A stretch of 64,000 nucleotides of DNA, from the NCBI GenBank assembly GCA_049968255.1, contig JBMFRB010000005.1, forward strand, positions 165,822 through 229,821, given 5' to 3'. Every line of letters begins with the position of its first letter. Within the stretch, counting starts at the first letter, position 1. Source of the DNA: Candidatus Sumerlaeaceae bacterium. GTDB taxonomy: Bacteria > Sumerlaeota > Sumerlaeia > Sumerlaeales > Sumerlaeaceae. A program made the translations under genes and the position numbers. Shown piece after piece: positions 8,726 to 19,020 of the stretch. The notes below the pieces were generated by a model. The model had not been told where the DNA came from. It saw nothing but the letters and a program-made list of their open reading frames with translations, and searched no databases.

Positions 8726-11020
8726 TTAGAATTTGTACTCGAGCTTTGCATTGTCGAGCTCGCGTTGCTTCAAGGCTTTGAGTCTACGGTCCAATTCCAC
8801 TTCGCGCCAAGCACGGTAGGCATAGGCTTCAATTTCGCCAAAGGAGGGCTTTCGTGCCCGCTGTTCATCTTCCACCACATAAGTGACAGCACGCCCGTTT
8901 TCAATTTTGGGCGGGAGGTAGCTTCCTTTCGGCACTTTCTCTAATTCTGCCGGCAGCTCGGGATGGTCGGACATGTAGACGAAACCCAGATCGCGGTACG
9001 CAAGTTGCCAGTCGGCACTGCGATAATTTTTGACAACCTCGCGCAAATGCGAGGGTGTGATGGTGCGATTGTGAACTGGTGGCTTCGGCATCCCCGCAAG
9101 TTGTCTCGTCGTAGGGGGGGCGGCACCAGAGGGTGCGATGGCTTCGGGTGTGGAGAAGCCAAGCGGTCCTACCCATGTTCCTGAATTTTTGCCCGAGTCA
9201 GCCGGAATCGGAACATGTCCCGCTGGCGATTTTGTTGTGTCGGCCGGACGAATCCCACCTTTGGCAGGCGACTCTGCACCAGCGCCACCCGCCGATGTGG
9301 TCGTGGCATCGACCCGCCCGAGCGCCTCGGTCGTTGTCTTGTCCGTGGCAACTGTGGCCGATGTTTCTGCGGTCGCATCGGAAGAGATTCCCCCAACAGC
9401 CGCTGATGATGTGGATAGGCCTTCCTCGGCCGAGAGCGTCGTTGGGAGATCGCCTAATTCAGGAATTACCGCCTCGGGTTCGCTGGGAACAAGAGGAGAT
9501 CGTGATTCTCCACCGCCCTCTTCGAGCGCGCGTTCAAGTTCGGCGATTGTCTGCTCAGGCCGGGCCGAAGTATTGAGAGGGGTGAGGGTTACTTCGACAA
9601 TGCGCTTCATTGGCATGGGCGTAAAAAGTTCTGGGTGTGCTCTCCAGAATCGCCTGACGACTTCGCGTGACGGCTTAAGCTGGCAGGAAAGGGTTTCTTT
9701 CAATTTTTCAAGCCGCGCCAGGTTGCGAGCCATTTCCAACATTGGGGGAAGGAAAACGCTATGCTGAGCTCCCCCTTCTGCGACTTCCTGGGCAATCGCC
9801 TCACCTTCAAGAATGCGCCGTAGGGTGTACTCGACGGCATCCTCGCGTGACGCGAGGTCTTCGCTCACCAGCGACGGAAAGATGTTCAGGAGTTGCCCCT
9901 TTGTGATACGGAAACCGTGGACTGAGCCCACTACGTGATCCGATGGCTTTTCATCCCAAGGCTTCATATCGAGCACTGGACGCCGTTTTTCTTCGAGCAA
10001 GACCTTGATGTCCCACAAGTACTGCGCACGGAGAACCTGGCGCGTCAGTCCTTCTTCCACTTTGGCCGCTTGTTGGGGATTGTCGAGGGAGAGCTCTTCG
10101 GGCGGCAGGTTTTCGATGAGCTGCACAAGGTAAAAGCCATGGGGCCCGCGAATCACTTCGCTCACTTCGCCCGGCTGCATATGCGACACAGCATCTTCAA
10201 GGTAGAAAAACACTTCACCGCGTTTGAAGGGCGGCACCTGGCCTCCGTTTTGCGCGCTGGGCGCCTGGGAAAAACGGCGAGCAGCCTCAGGGAAATCGAT
10301 TTTTCCACGCAGAATGTCCTGACGCAAATCCTCGAGCCGTTTCTGAACAGCGTCCTGTGTATCGAGGGGATCTGTTTCCTCTGAGCGCATGAAAATGTAG
10401 CGAACACGCCAACGCTCGGGGGCTGCCAGTTCACTGCGGTGCTCCTGAAGGTATTTTACGCGGTCCGCATCGGTGATGCGAATTTTCGATCGCACGACGT
10501 TGGCAACGTAAACAAAACGGTAGGCCTCAAGTGCCGAAACTTGAGCCCGCGCTTCATCAATGTCGTTCCATTCGGCATCTCTAACAAATCGCGGCACGAT
10601 CTGATTGACGAACACGTAATTCTCAATGGCTTTACGGATTTGCTTCGCGAGCTTCTCTTTTTCTTCAGGGAACCTTTCTTTGTCGTACTTCTCCAAAATG
10701 TAGGCAGGCTGTGGTCCCCGCGTCATGATGAGGAAGAGATAGAGGTCGCGTGCCGTCACTTTACCCCACTTCGTGGTAGCCACAACGCGCTCAGGCTCCC
10801 CAATGTAAAGCGATTCGAACAAAGGATGGTCGGAAATACCAGTGCCCGTGGGCTGAAGCACTCCACGCAGAGGCGTAGCAGTGCCGCCAATGGCCCCCAT
10901 TCCAAACGCAGCGGCACGCTGCTGAAATTTAGAAGAGGATGGGATGGCAAAAGCGACCTCGCTCAAGAGGCCGAAAGCCAGTATGATCAAGGCAACACTA
11001 AACCACCGCGCCCACCGCAT
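8726..11020 (-). CDS. Exported parvulin/PpiC-type peptidyl-prolyl isomerase (SurA/PrsA/PpiD-like chaperone)
   Basis: Signal peptide; VRYIF..DFPEAARRFSQAPSAQNGG..PGEVSEVIRGPHGFYLVQL rotamase signature. ATG 11020 follows GAAAGG. Confidence 0.8.
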   Translation of the reverse strand: MRWARWFSVALIILAFGLLSEVAFAIPSSSKFQQRAAAFGMGAIGGTATPLRGVLQPTGTGISDHPLFESLYIGEPERVVATTKWGKVTARDLYLFLIMTRGPQPAYILEKYDKERFPEEKEKLAKQIRKAIENYVFVNQIVPRFVRDAEWNDIDEARAQVSALEAYRFVYVANVVRSKIRITDADRVKYLQEHRSELAAPERWRVRYIFMRSEETDPLDTQDAVQKRLEDLRQDILRGKIDFPEAARRFSQAPSAQNGGQVPPFKRGEVFFYLEDAVSHMQPGEVSEVIRGPHGFYLVQLIENLPPEELSLDNPQQAAKVEEGLTRQVLRAQYLWDIKVLLEEKRRPVLDMKPWDEKPSDHVVGSVHGFRITKGQLLNIFPSLVSEDLASREDAVEYTLRRILEGEAIAQEVAEGGAQHSVFLPPMLEMARNLARLEKLKETLSCQLKPSREVVRRFWRAHPELFTPMPMKRIVEVTLTPLNTSARPEQTIAELERALEEGGGESRSPLVPSEPEAVIPELGDLPTTLSAEEGLSTSSAAVGGISSDATAETSATVATDKTTTEALGRVDATTTSAGGAGAESPAKGGIRPADTTKSPAGHVPIPADSGKNSGTWVGPLGFSTPEAIAPSGAAPPTTRQLAGMPKPPVHNRTITPSHLREVVKNYRSADWQLAYRDLGFVYMSDHPELPAELEKVPKGSYLPPKIENGRAVTYVVEDEQRARKPSFGEIEAYAYRAWREVELDRRLKALKQRELDNAKLEYKF

Positions 11021-11207
11021 GTTGAGCAACCTTTCTCGACTCGCAACTTGGAAGCATTGCGACGCTTACCGCTGGCCGGAGTTTATGAGCAAGCCAAAAC
11101 ACCCACGCAGCGAAAAGGATTCTTGAAATCTGCCGTCATCGGTTATAGCTGGCTTATTAGATTAGCCTAGCACGGGAAATGTATTTCCACCACACGAGAG
11201 GTGCCCG

Positions 11208-11714
11208 ATGAGCACGGCAAAACTTGAATCCGAAAAGTTAGAACTCACGTTCACTCTCAACGGCAAGCCCTGCGTTGCGCTTGTGGATCCCGAAAAACCG
11301 CTTCTTGAAATCTTGCGCATGGAAATTGGGCTCATGGGTACGAAGGGAGCCTGTCTGGAAGGCGAATGCGGCAGCTGTACGGTGCTGCTCGACGGTAAGG
11401 CTGTGAACTCGTGCCTCGTCATGGCTGGCCAGGTCCAAGGACGTGAGGTCACGACAATTGAGGGCCTGGCGAAAAACGGCACATTGGACGTTGTGCAGGA
11501 GAAGTTCATCGAGACGGGGGCAGCTCAATGCGGCTACTGCACGCCCGGCCTGATCCTTGCAGCAAAGTATTTCATTGATTCCATGCCCGACGCCAGCGAG
11601 GACGATGTGATTTCTGCGCTGGAAGGCAACATCTGTCGGTGCACGGGCTACAACAAGATCGTTGAGGCGGTCAGGCTAGCCTATCGCGAAGTCCATGGTG
11701 TGACGAGAGGTTGA
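11208..11714 (+). CDS. Two-[2Fe-2S] small subunit of xanthine-oxidase/CO-dehydrogenase family (CoxS/CutS-like)
   Basis: GTK.AC.EGECGSCTV, NSC, QCGYCTPG and GNICRCTGY; GAGG RBS. Confidence 0.92.
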   Translation: MSTAKLESEKLELTFTLNGKPCVALVDPEKPLLEILRMEIGLMGTKGACLEGECGSCTVLLDGKAVNSCLVMAGQVQGREVTTIEGLAKNGTLDVVQEKFIETGAAQCGYCTPGLILAAKYFIDSMPDASEDDVISALEGNICRCTGYNKIVEAVRLAYREVHGVTRG

Positions 11715-11726
11715 AAGACTTCGGAC

Positions 11727-12599
11727 ATGCCTAGGATAAGCGCGGGCGCGATGAGAGGATTCGTTCTCGTTGCAAGTCTTTTCGTGCTGAGCGGCAGCCA
11801 AGTCAGTGGCCAACCCACGTTCCTCGAGCGTTCCCATAGAGCCTTTAACGATTTTCTGCGCACGTATGTAGTCACTGAGCTCACGTACAAGGAAGGGAAG
11901 GAATTCGAGAGTTCGCGCGTGCGCTATGGCGCGCTGAAACGCGATGATCGCTGGACATCGTTTGTAGAGTCGCTTGCCAAAGTCGACAGTGCGTATCTGC
12001 GCACGGCCGATCGAGAGGACCGAATAGCATTCTGGATCAATACTTATAATGCCCTCATCATTGACACGGTGATCCAGCACTATCCCATCAGAGCAACCGT
12101 GGCTTATCCCAATCCTAGCATTCGTTCTATCAAAGGCGCTTGGGATGTTCCGCATGAGGTCGCGGGACAAAAATACTCCCTGAGTGACGTCGAAGACATA
12201 CTTGGCAAACTTGGTGACGGCCGCGTGTGGTTCCTCACGTGTCCGGCTGCCATGGGTGGGCCGAACCTTCGCCCCTATGCGCTTACTCCGACAAATATCG
12301 AACAGGAGCTTGAGTCGGCCTGTGGAGGGTGGGTAAACGATCCGCGCCACGTGCGAATCAACTCGGCAGCCAACGAGCTCGAGGTGAGTGATTACCTTGA
12401 GGACAAGTTGGCAAGTCTCAATGAGCCGGTTCGCAGTTTTTTTCCTGGCGCCGAAAAATACCCTTTGTCGCAACGCGCCCTCATAGATACCTTGCTGCGG
12501 CGCTTGCCACCCGAGAAGAAGGATTACATCCGCGCCAAGTGTCCTACGGTGGTGTTTATTCCTCTCGACTGGACGCTCAACGACGCTGCGTCATTCTAA
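11727..12599 (+). CDS. Exported DUF547-domain protein
   Basis: AFWINTYNAL, L.CPAAMGGP.LR and C-terminal DWTLN; signal peptide. Confidence 0.82.
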   Translation: MPRISAGAMRGFVLVASLFVLSGSQVSGQPTFLERSHRAFNDFLRTYVVTELTYKEGKEFESSRVRYGALKRDDRWTSFVESLAKVDSAYLRTADREDRIAFWINTYNALIIDTVIQHYPIRATVAYPNPSIRSIKGAWDVPHEVAGQKYSLSDVEDILGKLGDGRVWFLTCPAAMGGPNLRPYALTPTNIEQELESACGGWVNDPRHVRINSAANELEVSDYLEDKLASLNEPVRSFFPGAEKYPLSQRALIDTLLRRLPPEKKDYIRAKCPTVVFIPLDWTLNDAASF

Positions 12600-12635
12600 T
12601 CGCAGCGTTGCGGAGCGCGATCCTTTTTGCCAGGG

Positions 12636-15600
12636 TCATTGCCTGCGGGATCGAGCAAATTCCCACGCAGCCGCGGCAGGCATCGGCGGACCAAAGAGGA
12701 ATCCTTGAACAAAAGGTACGCCAAGTTCCCGCAGATGCGCTGCCTGCATTTCATTCTCGACCCCTTCGGCGACCAGTTGGACACCGAGTGTTCGCCCAAG
12801 ATTGACAATGGTCTGGAGAATCTCCGGGCGCTCGCGTGGCGTGCCAAGCGATGACACAAACATATGGTCAATTTTGATAAGATCCACCGGAAGTCGTTGC
12901 AAATAGCCAAAGGAGGAGTAGCCACTGCCAAAGTCGTCCACCGCTAACCTCAGACCGCGCTCGCGCAACGAATTCAAGGCCGAGGAAACCTGTTCATGCT
13001 CGTCAAGGAAAATGCTTTCCGTGACCTCGATGACCAGCAAACGCGGTGGCACTCCCGTCTCGCGCAGAACGTTTTCGAGCTGCTCGAAAACAATTGGTTC
13101 TTGGAGCTGGCGAGCAGACATGTTGATCGTGAGCGCAAGATTACTTGCTGGATCAGCTTTTAGCCAGTCGGCAAGCTGCGCGCATCCCCGTCGCAGGACG
13201 TAATCCCCGACGTCGAGGATCAGCCCAGTCTCCTCTGCAACCGCCAGGAATTCGAGTGGCAAAAGCATACCACGTAGCGGATGACGCCAGCGAACAATGG
13301 ACTCGAATCCCCACACGGTTGAGTCCATAAGGCATACAATTGGCTGAAACAGCAGGTCGAATTGTTGCTCCTGTACGGCACGACGCAGATCTGTCTCGAG
13401 CTGGAGGCGACTTTGAGCGCGCAACCGCATCTCCGGCGTAAAGACTTCAACACGGTGTCCGCCCAAGGCTTTTGCACGAAACATGGCGGTGTCGGCGTCG
13501 CGCAACATCTCTTCTGCGCTGGCGTAGCTGGAATCCGACATGACGAGGCCGCCACTCGCCGTGACGTAGATATCTCCCACGCTGAGACGGAACGGGCGAT
13601 CGAAGACGCTTAGGAGTTCTTCTGCTAGCTGCTCCGCTTGCTGGCGGTCGCGGATATCATCAAACAGAACAAAGAATTCGTCGCCGCTCAGGCGCCCAAG
13701 GACGTCGCCTGGGCGAAGAGCTTTTTCGAAAGCAGTCGCTACAGCACAAAGGAGCTCGTCCCCAACGCGATGCCCGTGACTGTCGTTGATAAGCTTAAAG
13801 CGGTCTATGTCGAGCAGCAGGATGGCGAAAGCGTAGCTGAATTCGCGGCGCGTAATACCGATCGAGTGCTCGACGTGCTCGAGCATGAGGGTGCGGTTGG
13901 CAAGCTTGGTCAGGCCGTCGTGGAGGGCATCGAACAGCAATTGCTCTTCGGCTTTTTTGCGTGGCGTTAGGTCGGAAAGTGAGCCGGCCATACGGACAGG
14001 GGTCCCGGTGGAGTCGCGCACGGCAAGCCCACGGCAAAGGATCCATCTCTGTTGGCCGTTGCTGCACAGGGCACGGAATTCTGCCGCCAGCTGAGGCGTG
14101 GCGCCGCTCAGGTGCGCTGCAAGAGCCTTACGAAATGCCTCGCGATCTTGTGTGTCAATGCATTTCAACCATTCCTCGATGGTCGTGTACTGTTCTTCGC
14201 CAGCAAGCCCGAGCAGCTCGTTCCAGCGTGGTGAAAGGTAAAGTTTTTCGCCGCGAATGTCCCAGTCCCAAATCGCATCGTTGGAGCCAAGAACTGCGAG
14301 GGAGAAGCGCTCCTCGCTCTCGCGAAGAGCATCAGCCATCCGCTCGCGCTCCGTCACGTCTTCAACGATTGAGGCCACGCCAATGACTGTGCCGTCTGGG
14401 CTCACCAAGGGAGTGTTGTACCAGCAACAAACCACAGGGTGTCCATCTTTCCTCAGATTGACATTCTTCGCATGTGTCCCACCCTTTTGAGTCAAAAGGT
14501 TGTCCCAAACCTGCTGGACGAAATCCCGAACCGGTGGAGGAACGATAAGATCAAAGGCGTGACGTCCCAAAGCCTCATTCCGCGAGTACCCAAAAATGCG
14601 CTCTGCGCCCGGATTCCATTCTTCGACACAAAAATCCTTCGACCAGCGGATGATGCCGAGAGGGGTTTGCTCGAAAAGAAGCTTGAGTTGTTGTTCGGAG
14701 CGCTGAATGCGCCTCAGCGCTTCCTTTTGCTGGGTGACATCCTGAAGAACGACCTGCAACGCCGGGCTGTCTTTGTAGCTGGTGGGGATCTCGCGTGCCT
14801 CAATGGTCAGAGCGCGACCATCGAAGCGACGAATTTCGAACTCGATGGAGGGCAAGGCTGCCACCTGAGAAATAGCTCGGGCCAAGCGTTCTTCTATGAG
14901 GGGTTTGAGCGAATCACTGACAAAATCGAGAAAACGGACATCCAGAAGGTCCTCGTTAGACGAGGCTCCCAGCAACTGCACCCCAGCTGGGTTCACATAT
15001 TTAATCAGCCCATTTTGCAAAACGAGGATGGCTACAGGAGCTTGCTCGACGAGCTTACGATAGCGCTCCTCACTCTCACGGACTTGGTGTTCGGCGCGAG
15101 CGCGTTGCAGGGCAGGCGCCACCACATCCGCCACGCGTTGCAGGATACCTAGATCCTCCTGCGTGTAGCGGCGAGTGTGGTAGGATTGAATCGAAATGAC
15201 ACCGATGACACCATCCGGGAGCCGAATCGGTACGTAAAGAAGTGTCTGCGAGCGATGCTCGACATCGCCAAACGGACGCAACGTCGGTTCCGCGCCGTGT
15301 TCTGCGACGTCAATGAGCACAGATTCGCCGGCGAGAGCACGGCGCATCGGTCCGCTAAGCGACTCGGGCGGGTCTATTGTGCCCGGAAAAACCTGCCGTA
15401 CCCCCTCGACGGTATCTACATATTCGATGACGCGACGCCTATTGCCGGGTTGGCGAACCACAAAGCAATAGGCATCCCAATCGAAGAGTTCCTGCGTGAT
15501 TTCCTGCACAGTTGCTGAAATCCGCTCAATAGTGTCGTCGCCAGCAAGCCGAAGGGCAAGGCGGCCGAGCAGGCGACGTTCCTGTTCCACGCGCACCTTT

Positions 15601-16793
15601 TCCGTGACGTCGCGCACGGTGGCCTGAAGACAAGGTCGCCCACGGTACGTGACAAAGGTAGGTAGGAGCTCTGCCGTGAAGCGCGAGCCGTCTTTTCGCA
15701 AGGCAATGAAGCGTAGGATGTGGGGACGGCGCGTTTCGATCATTTTGGCCACTAGGCGCCCCACGCGTTCGCGAACCTCAGGGGCAACTGCTTCCAGCGG
15801 ATGGAGAGACTTTAGTTCTTCCTCGGTGTAGCCAAACATTTTTTGAAGAGTGCGGTTTGCAACCAGAATGCGGACGGGGACAAGATCCCGCAGATAAAAC
15901 CCCTCGCGCGCTTGTTCGACCAATGCATCGTAACGCTCTTGGGTTTCGCGAAGCTCGCGTGTGGCCTCGAATTGAGTCAACCCCAGCGCCGAATAAGCGG
16001 CAAAGATAGAGATCAGCGTGCGCGAATCGTAAACGGCAGCGAGTGGGCGAGTGTCCAGCGCTGCAATGACACCACGTACGCGCCCCTCCGCATCCACCAG
16101 AGGTGCGCCGAGAAAGGTTTCGATGCGGTGCGTGCGGATGAACTCATCCCCTGGAAAGAGTTGCCAAACGTGCCGTGAGTAATAGCAAAGACTTCCGGGT
16201 TTAAGATTTTCGCAAGGCCCACCTTCAAGCCGGCATGCGAAGGGACTCCCGAGCTCGTCGCGCACCCAACACGCTTCGACATGCAAGAGTTTTGGGTCTT
16301 CCTCGTCCAGTGTCCCCAAAAATGCATATGGCACCGCCAAGACGCGTGCAAGCTGGATGACGACTTGGCGTAGAAACATCTCACGCCCTTGCTGAAGCGA
16401 TGTGCCTATCAAAGCGCGCAACATGTGTTCGGTTGTCCGCCATCGCGTGATATCGCGATAAATTGCAACCTGAAGAGGGGGCTCCGTGCGAAGAAAGAAA
16501 CTCTTCACCGTGACGATCCGTTGGCTGCCATCACGGCAATGTAGAATGAATTGGCCACCGGTGCTTGCGGTTTCGTCCGGCAACTCGATGCGCTCGCCGC
16601 CCCAAGCTTCGGAGGCTGTCAAGCCGATAAGCTCTTTGCACTTTGCTCCTACGAGAAGCCCCATCGCAGGGTTACAGAAGACGATGCGGCCGTTGCTGTC
16701 GAAAGCGGCGACGCCATCGCTCATCGCCTCATAGAGCTGCCTGAGAATATCAAAACTCGGCTGCCTCTGCTGCTGCGTATCATCTTGCGCCAT
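12636..16793 (-). CDS. Multi-PAS/GAF diguanylate cyclase/phosphodiesterase (GGDEF-EAL)
   Basis: About five PAS and two GAF domains; HDGLTKLANR, RPGD I-site, SGDEF; EAL domain with ESIVR, EVTES, DDFGSGYSS and AEGVE. Confidence 0.93.
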   Translation of the reverse strand: MAQDDTQQQRQPSFDILRQLYEAMSDGVAAFDSNGRIVFCNPAMGLLVGAKCKELIGLTASEAWGGERIELPDETASTGGQFILHCRDGSQRIVTVKSFFLRTEPPLQVAIYRDITRWRTTEHMLRALIGTSLQQGREMFLRQVVIQLARVLAVPYAFLGTLDEEDPKLLHVEACWVRDELGSPFACRLEGGPCENLKPGSLCYYSRHVWQLFPGDEFIRTHRIETFLGAPLVDAEGRVRGVIAALDTRPLAAVYDSRTLISIFAAYSALGLTQFEATRELRETQERYDALVEQAREGFYLRDLVPVRILVANRTLQKMFGYTEEELKSLHPLEAVAPEVRERVGRLVAKMIETRRPHILRFIALRKDGSRFTAELLPTFVTYRGRPCLQATVRDVTEKVRVEQERRLLGRLALRLAGDDTIERISATVQEITQELFDWDAYCFVVRQPGNRRRVIEYVDTVEGVRQVFPGTIDPPESLSGPMRRALAGESVLIDVAEHGAEPTLRPFGDVEHRSQTLLYVPIRLPDGVIGVISIQSYHTRRYTQEDLGILQRVADVVAPALQRARAEHQVRESEERYRKLVEQAPVAILVLQNGLIKYVNPAGVQLLGASSNEDLLDVRFLDFVSDSLKPLIEERLARAISQVAALPSIEFEIRRFDGRALTIEAREIPTSYKDSPALQVVLQDVTQQKEALRRIQRSEQQLKLLFEQTPLGIIRWSKDFCVEEWNPGAERIFGYSRNEALGRHAFDLIVPPPVRDFVQQVWDNLLTQKGGTHAKNVNLRKDGHPVVCCWYNTPLVSPDGTVIGVASIVEDVTERERMADALRESEERFSLAVLGSNDAIWDWDIRGEKLYLSPRWNELLGLAGEEQYTTIEEWLKCIDTQDREAFRKALAAHLSGATPQLAAEFRALCSNGQQRWILCRGLAVRDSTGTPVRMAGSLSDLTPRKKAEEQLLFDALHDGLTKLANRTLMLEHVEHSIGITRREFSYAFAILLLDIDRFKLINDSHGHRVGDELLCAVATAFEKALRPGDVLGRLSGDEFFVLFDDIRDRQQAEQLAEELLSVFDRPFRLSVGDIYVTASGGLVMSDSSYASAEEMLRDADTAMFRAKALGGHRVEVFTPEMRLRAQSRLQLETDLRRAVQEQQFDLLFQPIVCLMDSTVWGFESIVRWRHPLRGMLLPLEFLAVAEETGLILDVGDYVLRRGCAQLADWLKADPASNLALTINMSARQLQEPIVFEQLENVLRETGVPPRLLVIEVTESIFLDEHEQVSSALNSLRERGLRLAVDDFGSGYSSFGYLQRLPVDLIKIDHMFVSSLGTPRERPEILQTIVNLGRTLGVQLVAEGVENEMQAAHLRELGVPFVQGFLFGPPMPAAAAWEFARSRRQ

Positions 16794-16859
16794 CGCGCTT
16801 CGCTCCTCTGCCTTGGCTGCTCATGTTCACGCGCTGCATTAGCAGTCTGGCAAACCCGT

Positions 16860-18209
16860 TTATAATTTCCAGTAAAAGCCGCGCTTGTTGCAAAACCGGA
16901 CAATAAGCCACAGTAGCAACGTCCAGAGGCCGCCCCAGAACATTCCCTCCCATCCCACTTTTCCTAGGAAGAACGGATACAGTCCAAGTGCTTGCACAAA
17001 GATGCGGACGACAGGCTGCATAAAGTAGGCGAGGAGTGCATTTGCTCCAAAGACATTGAGCGGCACTGTCCAGCGACGCCAGCCCCACACGTCCACCGGA
17101 TAATAAAAAAGCAGGAAAAACAGCGAGGCAATTCCCGCAGTGAAGAGCGAGTAAGAAGAGGTGACAAAATCTTTGTTCATGGGATACCCGAGCGCGTGGA
17201 GTGCATAGCCTAGAGCTGTGAAGACAACTCCGACGATAAGACTGCGCCTGACGATGGTCCGCTGATCGCGGGAAACGATTGCATCACCGAGCAGTGTACC
17301 AATGATCGTGATCATCCCATAGGAGATGCTGGCCCACGGAGTGCAATGAACTGTGAGCGGGCGCAGGGGATCACCATCGAGCCGTGCGATCGTAAGGAAG
17401 GGACGAGTTTTGTCGCCGAGCTCGACCCACCACGGCACGTGGATTGTCAGCCAGCCATGCACCAGAGCGATCATACCTACCACAAGCCATCGCCCGAGTG
17501 GCGGCATGAACATGGCCGCGGCTCCCATAAAATAGGATACCCCGATAGCCTGAAGAATACCCCACCAATAAGAAAGCTTCAGGATGAGGGAAATGTAAAT
17601 CACACCCGCAAGGATGAGACCAAGTGTTCGCATGCCAACGTGGCGCCACCATTCGCCACCGCGCCGCTGACGACTGAGGGGGATGCACATTCCCACGATA
17701 AAAACAAAAAATGGTGCGACAAGATCCGTGAACGTGCAACCATTGCCCACGCCTTGAAATCTGGGAGTAATCTTCTCGCGAGGGTGAGTGACGCCCGCAG
17801 CCTTGGCGCCTGGGTAATGAGCAATGACCTTCTCGCCCACCCGCAACGGCTTGGCGTGGCGGATTGTCACGCCCGAATAAGTACGAGTGGCCTCTTGGTC
17901 ATCGCCGACCACCTCCACGCTGTAGAGCCCATCGTTCACTGCCACAACGCGTCCCTCAATGTACTCTTTCGACGGTTCTCGTCCCTCCCAGAACGCCCAC
18001 TCTTCGGGATCGCCATCCTCGCTCGCGTGTTTGAAAGTGGAAACAGGTGCACTTCCAAAATGGGGAAACGTAAGCGGCAGGTTTTTGTATCCCGCCACCT
18101 GAATGACAAAGATCATTGCGAGGATGGTGAAACCGCGAAAGGCATCAATGGACTCGACTCGTCGGGGCTTTTGCACTGTCAGCTCGCTCACGTTTGTCTC
18201 CTTCGCCAC
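16860..18209 (-). CDS. HGSNAT/DUF5009 (NagX-like) multi-pass membrane acyltransferase-family protein
   Basis: RVESIDAFRGFTILAMIFV, GCTFTDLVAPFFVFIVG, GILQAIG, PMNK..SSY and FGANALLAY. Confidence 0.82.
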   Translation of the reverse strand: MAKETNVSELTVQKPRRVESIDAFRGFTILAMIFVIQVAGYKNLPLTFPHFGSAPVSTFKHASEDGDPEEWAFWEGREPSKEYIEGRVVAVNDGLYSVEVVGDDQEATRTYSGVTIRHAKPLRVGEKVIAHYPGAKAAGVTHPREKITPRFQGVGNGCTFTDLVAPFFVFIVGMCIPLSRQRRGGEWWRHVGMRTLGLILAGVIYISLILKLSYWWGILQAIGVSYFMGAAAMFMPPLGRWLVVGMIALVHGWLTIHVPWWVELGDKTRPFLTIARLDGDPLRPLTVHCTPWASISYGMITIIGTLLGDAIVSRDQRTIVRRSLIVGVVFTALGYALHALGYPMNKDFVTSSYSLFTAGIASLFFLLFYYPVDVWGWRRWTVPLNVFGANALLAYFMQPVVRIFVQALGLYPFFLGKVGWEGMFWGGLWTLLLWLIVRFCNKRGFYWKL

Positions 18210-18396
18210 GGGATGTGCGACCGGCGCGGCACTGTGCCACGAGCCGGATAAATCAGCATCGGATTTGGGGCACGCACCGCAGCTTACTCTTTTGTGAGGA
18301 CGAAAACAGCATCACGCGGCGAAAACTCAATGCGAAACTCGATGGTTTTTTCACCAAGGTTCGCAGCCGTTACACAAGCTGGACATATAGATCGTT

Positions 18397-18999
18397 CTAC
18401 AAAAGCCCCACGCGCCGAAGAAGCCTATTCCAACGTGAATTGACCCGTGGCCACAGCTTCCTGCTAATCGCAATTTCATCTGGAGAGAGTACCGCGCGCA
18501 AGAGCGCCGCGCGCTCAAGCATTTTTGGTATGCTTCGCTTCTTTTTTCTTACAGTATGCTCTTGCTCGGCGAGAATCAAAGCGGGATGGACAATGGGAAT
18601 TTTGTCTCCATCGAGTAACACGCTAGCGTTAGTGACCCGAGGATCAGGAAACACCCATAAGATATCACGATAGGTTGCAATAACACTATTTTTTTTATAA
18701 GTTAAGAAGAATACAATATCGATCTGCACAAAGTTGTGGTTCCAGACGACATGTGATTTATCGCGGACGACGAGCCTGTCCCCTAGCGTTTCTTCCAACC
18801 GTTGGCGTTGCTCAAGGGGAACAAACAGATCTACGTCCTGATGACTCAGCGGCTTCCCGACAAGACCCTCGACGGCCCAGCCACCATGAACCCATGCTGA
18901 AATTCCCCGCTCTGAAAGAAATCGGAGCACGCCACGGACGTCGCTGCTTTGGGGGTCGCGCCGCTGCGCTTTTAGCAATTTGAGTTCAGACTCATCCAT
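18397..18999 (-). CDS. Nucleotidyltransferase, ANT(2'')/Lnu-like pol-beta fold
   Basis: WVHGGWAVEGL..H.DVDL motif plus a downstream IDI acidic residue. Confidence 0.72.
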   Translation of the reverse strand: MDESELKLLKAQRRDPQSSDVRGVLRFLSERGISAWVHGGWAVEGLVGKPLSHQDVDLFVPLEQRQRLEETLGDRLVVRDKSHVVWNHNFVQIDIVFFLTYKKNSVIATYRDILWVFPDPRVTNASVLLDGDKIPIVHPALILAEQEHTVRKKKRSIPKMLERAALLRAVLSPDEIAISRKLWPRVNSRWNRLLRRVGLL

Positions 19000-19020
19000 G
19001 GTCGAAACTCAAGTGGTCTG

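Noticed and set aside
12636-16793. SGDEF and ESI variants as evidence of a dead c-di-GMP enzyme
   Set aside because: The acidic catalytic residues and the DDFGSGYSS loop are retained; such variants are common and often active.
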